From an uncultured Candidatus Saccharibacteria bacterium (GTDB lineage: Bacteria > Patescibacteriota > Minisyncoccia > Minisyncoccales > Staskawiczbacteraceae): a stretch of 61,131 nucleotides of DNA. The notes under the pieces were generated by a model. It worked only from the letters and a program-made list of their open reading frames with translations, did no database searches and was not told the DNA's origin. Within the stretch, counting starts at the first letter, position 1, and each line of letters begins with the position of its first letter. The stretch spans positions 1 through 61,131 of the forward strand of contig CAYZAV010000004.1 of the NCBI GenBank assembly GCA_964475855.1, in the 5' to 3' direction. The position numbers and the translations under genes are program-made. Below are positions 8,453-12,789 of this stretch, piece after piece.

Positions 8453-8680
8453 CTATGCATAGCACATTTGTCGGGCGTTGCCCATACGGATTTGAAGGTC
8501 CGTTATCGTTGGTTCAAGTTCCCTCCGTTGCGCTGGCGAGCAGCGTTGCTGTAGGTGCAGCAGTTCCCAATAGACATCCTCCAACTCCTGCAAAGATGCA
8601 CCCCCGAGCATCAACGTTTCTGCCTGGTCAATCAGGCTGGACTCTACCAATCCTCGTTCCCAATGATAAGCCTGCGCCAT
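8453..8680 (-). CDS. Island ORF 8, hypothetical 75 aa
   Basis: GGAGTAAC SD 7 nt before the ATG. Own promoter and terminator. No family recognised. Confidence 0.5.
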   Translation of the reverse strand: MAQAYHWERGLVESSLIDQAETLMLGGASLQELEDVYWELLHLQQRCSPAQRRELEPTITDLQIRMGNARQMCYA

Positions 8681-8741
8681 AGGTTACTCCGTTTCTCATG
8701 ATATCCATGGAATGTACGGTATGGCGGACACCGCAAATCCC

Positions 8742-8765
8742 TTTGAAGGCAAAGTTGCCTTCAAA
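8742..8765. promoter_or_regulatory. Perfect 11+11 palindrome at the predicted transcription start (operator-like)
   Basis: TTTGAAGGCAA-AG-TTGCCTTCAAA, immediately downstream of the -10 at 8769. Confidence 0.45.
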
Positions 8766-8768
8766 AAT

Positions 8769-8796
8769 AGTATATCACTGGCAGTGGTAAATACAA
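8769..8796 (-). promoter_or_regulatory. sigma70-like promoter, TTGTAT-16 nt-TATACT
   Basis: Read on the minus strand upstream of ORF 8453..8680. Confidence 0.4.
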
Positions 8797-8831
8797 TGGC
8801 CGCCTTCGCCAATGCTCCGGCGTGCCGAAGC

Positions 8832-8863
8832 AAAAAAAAGAGGGCAGTCGATTTGACTGCCCT
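8832..8863 (-). terminator. Strong rho-independent terminator
   Basis: AGGGCAGTC-AAATC-GACTGCCCT followed by CT8 on the minus strand. Confidence 0.75.
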
Positions 8864-8909
8864 ATGCCCCTAGCGCTCCCAATAGGAACTTGGGGGAATG
8901 TACTGTTGA

Positions 8910-9257
8910 TTAGCGGCCTCGGTGCCGCTTGCCCATTGCCTGGCGTTGGGCTCGGAAGATTACGACGTGAATCTTCGGTGCTCTTGCCATGGCCACCGGC
9001 TTCGGGATTGGTGAGAACTTTTTGGTGTTCTCGACCATTTTTGCCCGAAGCCGTTCGAGGCGTTCGTTGCGTTGGCGCGCACTGTCTTCCCGTTCGCGGG
9101 CTTCGAAGTTTGGGAGTTCGTCCTCATGATTGAGGACTTTCTCCCTGAGTTCGAAGTTTGGGAAAGCTGGGATGCCCAGGTACCGCTCCCATTCTTGCCA
9201 CGTGGCATTATCGGGAAGTGGGCTGATCGCCGCAACGAACAACAAGTCGTTAGCCAT
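8910..9257 (-). CDS. Island ORF 7, hypothetical 115 aa with an internal FPNFELRE / LPNFEARE repeat
   Basis: GGAGTAAC SD 9 nt before the ATG. The opposite-strand ORFs here lack an SD. Confidence 0.55.
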   Translation of the reverse strand: MANDLLFVAAISPLPDNATWQEWERYLGIPAFPNFELREKVLNHEDELPNFEAREREDSARQRNERLERLRAKMVENTKKFSPIPKPVAMARAPKIHVVIFRAQRQAMGKRHRGR

Positions 9258-9315
9258 GTCGTGTTACTCCATTGAGGATCCTTGGTGGCTAATCAAGGTT
9301 CCTGGGTTCAGGTAG

Positions 9316-9331
9316 GAGGAAGCGCTTCCTC
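9316..9331. promoter_or_regulatory. Perfect 16-nt palindrome in the leader of ORF 7
   Basis: GAGGAAGCGCTTCCTC. Confidence 0.4.
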
Positions 9332-9453
9332 TCTTTTCAAATCACTAAAGAATGTTAATTCGTTCGGAAGTATCTGCCATAAAAGACAATAATCCATCTA
9401 TTCAACTAATGATCTGAAAGGAGAGGATTTCCCCTGTTTCACTCTATATATCC

Positions 9454-9481
9454 ATTATAGCATATCCTACATGCTTGTCAA
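9454..9481 (-). promoter_or_regulatory. Consensus sigma70 promoter, TTGACA-16 nt-TATAAT
   Basis: Minus strand reads TTGACAAGCATGTAGGATATGCTATAATGGATATATAGAG. Closely resembles the promoter at 12665-12693. Confidence 0.7.
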
Positions 9482-9518
9482 TACCCTTACCCTCTTTTCG
9501 GGCCATTTGGTACTGGAC

Positions 9519-9561
9519 TGAAAAGAAGGGTGCTCGAATGTGCTAATTGCACTCGAGCACC
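9519..9561 (-). terminator. Terminator ending the long island operon
   Basis: GGTGCTCGAGTGC-AATTA-GCAC(AT)TCGAGCACC followed by CTTCTTTTC. Confidence 0.65.
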
Positions 9562-9567
9562 TTGGTT

Positions 9568-9762
9568 TTAGATTTCCCACCATCCGGTGGCGTAGGAGCG
9601 CTTCGGCTCCTGGCCGTTGCGCATCTGCTCCTTGTCTAAGCGGCGCTGTGCGCGTTTGCACTTTACCTTTACTCGTCCGATGCGCCGTCGGCGAGTCGGT
9701 TTTTTGTGCTCTTGGCTGCGCGCCTGGGCGAACTCACGGGTCGTCATCATTCCCTTGGTCAC
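9568..9762 (-). CDS. Island ORF 6, small Arg/Lys-rich protein (paralogue of 12398..12586)
   Basis: AAAGGA sits 7 nt before a GTG at 9762; ATG alternatives lie at 9750 and 9747. Core KKPTRRRRIGRVKVKCKRAQRR...GQEP aligns with the other copy. Confidence 0.45.
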   Translation of the reverse strand: MTKGMMTTREFAQARSQEHKKPTRRRRIGRVKVKCKRAQRRLDKEQMRNGQEPKRSYATGWWEI

Positions 9763-9857
9763 TTTACTATCCTTTCTAAAAAATCCTTCTAACAGTTTAC
9801 CATGCCCCATGCATCGTAACCTGTAGTGAAGGGGTAAACGGTTTTTTTTGTTTGCCC
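9763..9857 (-). repeat. Island intergenic module M5
   Basis: Minus strand: GGGCAAAC...GTTTACCCC hairpin, CTTCACTACAG, hairpin CAGGTTAC..GTAAACTG, TTAGAAG, then the SD. Confidence 0.8.
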
Positions 9858-9873
9858 TTTAGTTATTCGCGAT

Positions 9874-10077
9874 TTACGAATAACCTTCGTAGTGGGATTT
9901 GCCACACTTGCGGCATTTCCCAGACCATCCATAGTCGCCATCTTCCTTGATGTCGATCCAGGAGTGGATCCATCCCTCCTTGCACCAATTCCGCTTGATG
10001 TAGCGGATCACTTCGGTGACGATGGCGACACCTATCGCCACCATGAGAACAACTCCCAGAACGATCAATACCTCCAT
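9874..10077 (-). CDS. Island ORF 5, 67-aa single-TM protein with a Trp/Cys-rich tail
   Basis: GAGGAG SD. N-terminal hydrophobic helix, then C..W..W.D...CRKCG...Y.GY. Same architecture as 60519..60710. Confidence 0.55.
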   Translation of the reverse strand: MEVLIVLGVVLMVAIGVAIVTEVIRYIKRNWCKEGWIHSWIDIKEDGDYGWSGKCRKCGKSHYEGYS

Positions 10078-10178
10078 GGTATCTCCTCTAAAAAAAGCGA
10101 TTTCTTCTAAAAGTTTTTCAGCCCATTACTGATTAACTTTATTGAAGGGGAAAGCGCGGCATCATGCTTTGCTTTCCC
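10078..10178 (-). repeat. Island intergenic module M4
   Basis: GGGAAAGC-N15-GCTTTCCC hairpin (10148-10178), CCCCTTCAATAAAG (10137-10150), AAAGTT..AACTTT hairpin, TTTTAGAAG, then the SD. Confidence 0.8.
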
Positions 10179-10188
10179 TTATTTTTAA

Positions 10189-10545
10189 CTATTCCCACGT
10201 CCTGTTGGGGATAGCGTAGAGGGAGAAGGCGAACGTCGCCTTGGCCACCTCCTCGTAGGTGTACTCGTGGCGGTCGGTCAGCCGCGGCAAGCCGCGGACG
10301 CCCATGACCACGATTCGGTCGCCAAGTCCCAGGTTTACCTGGGGTGGCTTTTCCGGAATCGGGACGTCAATCCCGAATCGTTGCCTCATGGCCTTGATCG
10401 TCGCTTCGTGCGACGGGTTTAGGCAGGGTACGACGCCCTGGCTCACCAATTCCTTGACGGCTGCCACCGTCAGGGCGGTACGCGTGATGACACAGTCATC
10501 ACTGAACATTGAATCTGCCAATGCGAAACCAAAATACGTAGCCAT
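10189..10545 (-). CDS. Island ORF 4, STIV B116-like / DUF1874-like protein (118 aa)
   Basis: The pattern ALADSMF...NPSHEAT...VNLGLGDRIVVMGV..LPRL...YTYEEV...FAF matches my recollection of the B116/YddF family layout. Recalled, not searched. Confidence 0.55.
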   Translation of the reverse strand: MATYFGFALADSMFSDDCVITRTALTVAAVKELVSQGVVPCLNPSHEATIKAMRQRFGIDVPIPEKPPQVNLGLGDRIVVMGVRGLPRLTDRHEYTYEEVAKATFAFSLYAIPNRTWE

Positions 10546-10695
10546 TTGCTATCTCTTTCATTTTGAATAGCAGCGCGCCAGTTTGAAAGGTTGGCACAAA
10601 CCTTTATTTGCAGAATACGCTTCTGCTAGAATTTACCAATCAACATGACTGATGCACTCTAGTGAAGGGGCGAAATGCGTCATGCAAGTCGCCCT
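10546..10695 (-). repeat. Island intergenic module M3 (class A module followed by a class B leader)
   Basis: GGGCGA..TCGCCC hairpin, CCCCTTCACTAGAG (10657-10670), then AAAGGTT-TGTGCC-AACCTTT, CAAACTGGCGCGC and TTCAAAATGAAAGAGA. Confidence 0.75.
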
Positions 10696-10700
10696 TTACC

Positions 10701-11027
10701 CTACCCGCACCCGCAGTTCGGGCAGGTCTCGTGAAGCACGTTCGCGTGCCCGCAAAAGGGGCACAGCGGTGGGCTCGTCTGGCACTCTGCCAGATAGGTC
10801 GCCCTCCGTGCTTCTTCTGTGGCGAGGAGAAACCGTTCAGGTTTCCCCAGTTCCAAGGCGGCTAAGCCGTCATTGGTTGACCCCTGGATGGAATACTCCA
10901 CCCAGAGGTTCAGTCCCTCAATTGTCAGTTTTTTGGTGGCGTTTTGCCACCCCAGCCCAACACATTGGATTTTGATGTGTTGGGGGAATTGATCAAAAAT
11001 ACTGACTGCTTCTTGGTTGACTTTCAT
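10701..11027 (-). CDS. Island ORF 3, 108-aa protein with a C-terminal zinc ribbon
   Basis: AAAGGGAAG sits 5 nt before the ATG at 11027. C-terminus CPFCG-N9-CPNCGCG. The track's TTG start at 11078 lacks an SD. Confidence 0.55.
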   Translation of the reverse strand: MKVNQEAVSIFDQFPQHIKIQCVGLGWQNATKKLTIEGLNLWVEYSIQGSTNDGLAALELGKPERFLLATEEARRATYLAECQTSPPLCPFCGHANVLHETCPNCGCG

Positions 11028-11254
11028 AGTGGCTTCCCTTTCATTTTGAAAACCGTTGTATGTCCTTAGTTCTGCCAACGCGGCAGTTTGAAGGTGGACA
11101 TATTCCCTTCTTTCAAATCATCACGGCGCGGCATTCGATATATCCTTTACCATTGCAAGCAACGGTGAATGTGATATATCTGGCGCGTGCGCCTGGTGAT
11201 CTGAAAGAAAGGAGGATTCTTTGAATTAGGCGAATCCTTATAGCCTTTTGCGCA

Positions 11255-11530
11255 TTAGTTGCGCTCTGCCTGGTCGCGGAGAAATTTTCTCCACAGCGGA
11301 CGGACGAGATATGCCGGAAGCGGTTTTACCGCTTCAATCATATCGTCCGCCTGTGCTGGTTCAAACAGGTATTCAACACACCCAGTTTGGGTGTTTACGA
11401 CCTGCACGCACATGGCGCAGTCGTCTTCCTCTTCCTGCTTGGCCGCGGCAATCGCGGTGGCAAGGTTACTGATGTGATCGAGAAATGACCACGCAGTAGT
11501 GCCAATCTGTCGACAATAAATATCGTAGAT
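11255..11530 (-). CDS. Island ORF X, 91 codons, no canonical start behind a full module and SD
   Basis: The frame opens right after a TGA. GAGGGG lies 6 nt upstream of ATC at 11530 and ATT is 3 codons later. The only ATG is at codon 40 and has no SD. Not in the ORF track. Confidence 0.35.
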   Translation of the reverse strand: MYDIYCRQIGTTAWSFLDHISNLATAIAAAKQEEEDDCAMCVQVVNTQTGCVEYLFEPAQADDMIEAVKPLPAYLVRPLWRKFLRDQAERN

Positions 11531-11629
11531 ACGTCACCCCTCGTTAGAAAAACTTCTAAAAGCTTACCATACCCAGTGCATCGTAAGCTTTAGTGAAGGG
11601 GAAAGTGCGGCATCGTGCGTTGCTTTCCC
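11531..11629 (-). repeat. Island intergenic module M2
   Basis: GGGAAAGC..hairpin (11599-11629), CCCCTTCACTAAAG (11588-11601), AGCTTAC-N15-GTAAGCT hairpin (11561-11589), TTTTAGAAG, then GAGGGG. Confidence 0.8.
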
Positions 11630-11639
11630 TTGTTTTTTG

Positions 11640-12215
11640 CTAATCGCCCAGTTGAGCGATTGCTTTGCGCGCCCTGGCGACGACCTCCTTGAAGTCGTGA
11701 AACCTGTTTTTCAGGGCTTCTTCGAAGAGTTTCTCCCACTCCTCCTTGGTGGCACAGAAGAAGCTCATGCCGGGGCGGCGCATGTCGCGCCAGGACAGGG
11801 CCTTTTGCCCGTAGGTCTCACCCGGGCAAAGCCCCTCAACTCCGTCCTTTCGCATCCATCTTTGTTGCCCTTGGTTGGGCTCGCCAAAGATGCCCCGCAC
11901 GATGCGGTATTTCCCTGCTCTTCCATGAGCCTCATACTTTTCCCTCTCTACCTTGACGAACTGAGCGATGGCCTCCTTGATCTCTTCCAGGGGCCAAGGG
12001 AAAATAGCTTGGATGGAGACATTATCTCCCCATCCGGTTTCCCTGATTCGAACGGAGCACCATATGGCTCCGAGTTCCTTCATTCTTTTTTCAATTGCCT
12101 TGGGGTCTGCTAACCCCAGGCCACCAGATTTGATGGTGGCAAACGTGCCACCCTTTCGTCCGGCTTCGATCTTGGCCCCAACCAGATAGGGCGCCAATTC
12201 GATGAGGTTAGCCAT
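11640..12215 (-). CDS. Island ORF 2, hypothetical 191 aa
   Basis: AGGGGA SD 7 nt before the ATG. Largest island ORF. No family recognised. Confidence 0.6.
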   Translation of the reverse strand: MANLIELAPYLVGAKIEAGRKGGTFATIKSGGLGLADPKAIEKRMKELGAIWCSVRIRETGWGDNVSIQAIFPWPLEEIKEAIAQFVKVEREKYEAHGRAGKYRIVRGIFGEPNQGQQRWMRKDGVEGLCPGETYGQKALSWRDMRRPGMSFFCATKEEWEKLFEEALKNRFHDFKEVVARARKAIAQLGD

Positions 12216-12310
12216 TTTAGATCCCCTAAAAACTTCTAAAATTTGATAACACGAAATTGTGTTACAAACCTTATTGAAGGGGAAAGCGCGGCATCGTGCG
12301 TTGCTTTCCC
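12216..12310 (-). repeat. Island intergenic module M1
   Basis: GGGAAAGC-N15-GCTTTCCC hairpin (12280-12310), CCCCTTCAATAAGG (12269-12282), TTTGTAACAC-N6-GTGTTATCAAA hairpin, TTTTAGAAG, then AGGGGA. Confidence 0.8.
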
Positions 12311-12397
12311 TTGTTTACTATTCCGGCGTGAAAGTAGGGAGGGTTTTTTGAAATAGGCAAACCCTCTTGGCCTGCAATGCACACCATGTGTATTGCA

Positions 12398-12586
12398 TTA
12401 AATAACATCGCGCTCGGTGAGTGCGTAACCCACCGTGGTGGGTTCGCCCCCCTGGCGGAGGGTCTCATTTGCTCCGCGTCGGGCGGCACGCTTCGCGCGG
12501 CGTTTGACAACGGTCAAGCGCCGTCGGGTGCTTTTGGCCAATAGCCTACGTGATTGACCAACCCGGTGGCAAACCATCATTTTCAT
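12398..12586 (-). CDS. Island ORF 1, small Arg-rich protein (paralogue of 9568..9762)
   Basis: GAGGGA sits 9 nt before the ATG at 12586. Core AKSTRRRLTVVKRRAKRAARR...GGEP. Confidence 0.45.
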   Translation of the reverse strand: MKMMVCHRVGQSRRLLAKSTRRRLTVVKRRAKRAARRGANETLRQGGEPTTVGYALTERDVI

Positions 12587-12608
12587 AATATTCAATCCCT
12601 CTGTATTT

Positions 12609-12659
12609 GCGTCAAATTAAGGATCACTTGTATAGGGTATTTGACGCATTTACCCTATA
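12609..12659. promoter_or_regulatory. Two overlapping, mutually exclusive perfect 9-bp inverted repeats in the island leader
   Basis: TATAGGGTA/TACCCTATA at 12631-12639 and 12651-12659. GCGTCAAAT/ATTTGACGC at 12609-12617 and 12639-12647. Confidence 0.6.
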
Positions 12660-12664
12660 CCTCC

Positions 12665-12693
12665 ATTATACTACTACCAAGAGTTCTTGTCAA
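12665..12693 (-). promoter_or_regulatory. Perfect consensus sigma70 promoter, TTGACA-17 nt-TATAAT, reading into the island
   Basis: TATAAT at 12665-12670 and TTGACA at 12688-12693 on the minus strand. Confidence 0.75.
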
Positions 12694-12707
12694 GCCCCGT
12701 GAGGGGT

Positions 12708-12719
12708 TGTCGCACAATA
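12708..12719 (+). repeat. TGTCGCACAATA copy 3 (intergenic, at the island/typA-terminator junction)
   Basis: Exact 12-mer. Confidence 0.95.
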
Positions 12720-12753
12720 AGCAAAAATCGGCTGGATTCAGCCGATTTTTGCT
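12720..12753 (-). terminator. typA terminator (15-bp perfect stem, bidirectional shape)
   Basis: AGCAAAAATCGGCTG-GATT-CAGCCGATTTTTGCT. Confidence 0.8.
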
Positions 12754-12786
12754 ATTCGTAAATTCGTAACAAATTCGTAAATTCGT
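12754..12786. repeat. Four phased ATTCGT repeats between the typA stop and its terminator
   Basis: ATTCGT at 12754, 12762, 12773 and 12781. Confidence 0.7.
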
Positions 12787-12789
12787 TGA

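Noticed and set aside
8822-12113. Plus-strand ORFs inside the G+C-rich island (8822..9133, 9540..9779, 10259..10570, 10652..10975, 11637..12113 and others)
   Set aside because: None has an SD or promoter. They mirror minus-strand ORFs that do have SDs, promoters and terminators. Long antisense open frames are expected in G+C-rich DNA.
9763-12310. The island as an integron cassette array, with the repeated intergenic modules as attC sites
   Set aside because: There is no IntI-type integrase or attI nearby. The repeats lack the RYYYAAC...GTTRRRY core sites. They carry SDs and promoter-like boxes oriented toward the downstream gene, unlike attC.
9763-12310. The repeated modules as a CRISPR array
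   Set aside because: The repeat units are ~95 nt and composite. They are separated by 200-580 bp stretches that are SD-preceded ORFs. No cas genes are present.
12271-12510. 79-aa minus-strand ORF overlapping island ORF 1 in another frame
   Set aside because: It has no SD. It spans hairpin-rich spacer and module M1. ORF 1 has a well-placed GAGGGA.
8420-12712. Direct repeats or att sites at the island borders (CTCCCCTCG at about 8415 versus CCCCTCACGGGG at about 12695)
   Set aside because: Only a ~7-nt partial match was found. That is too short and imperfect to call a target-site duplication.
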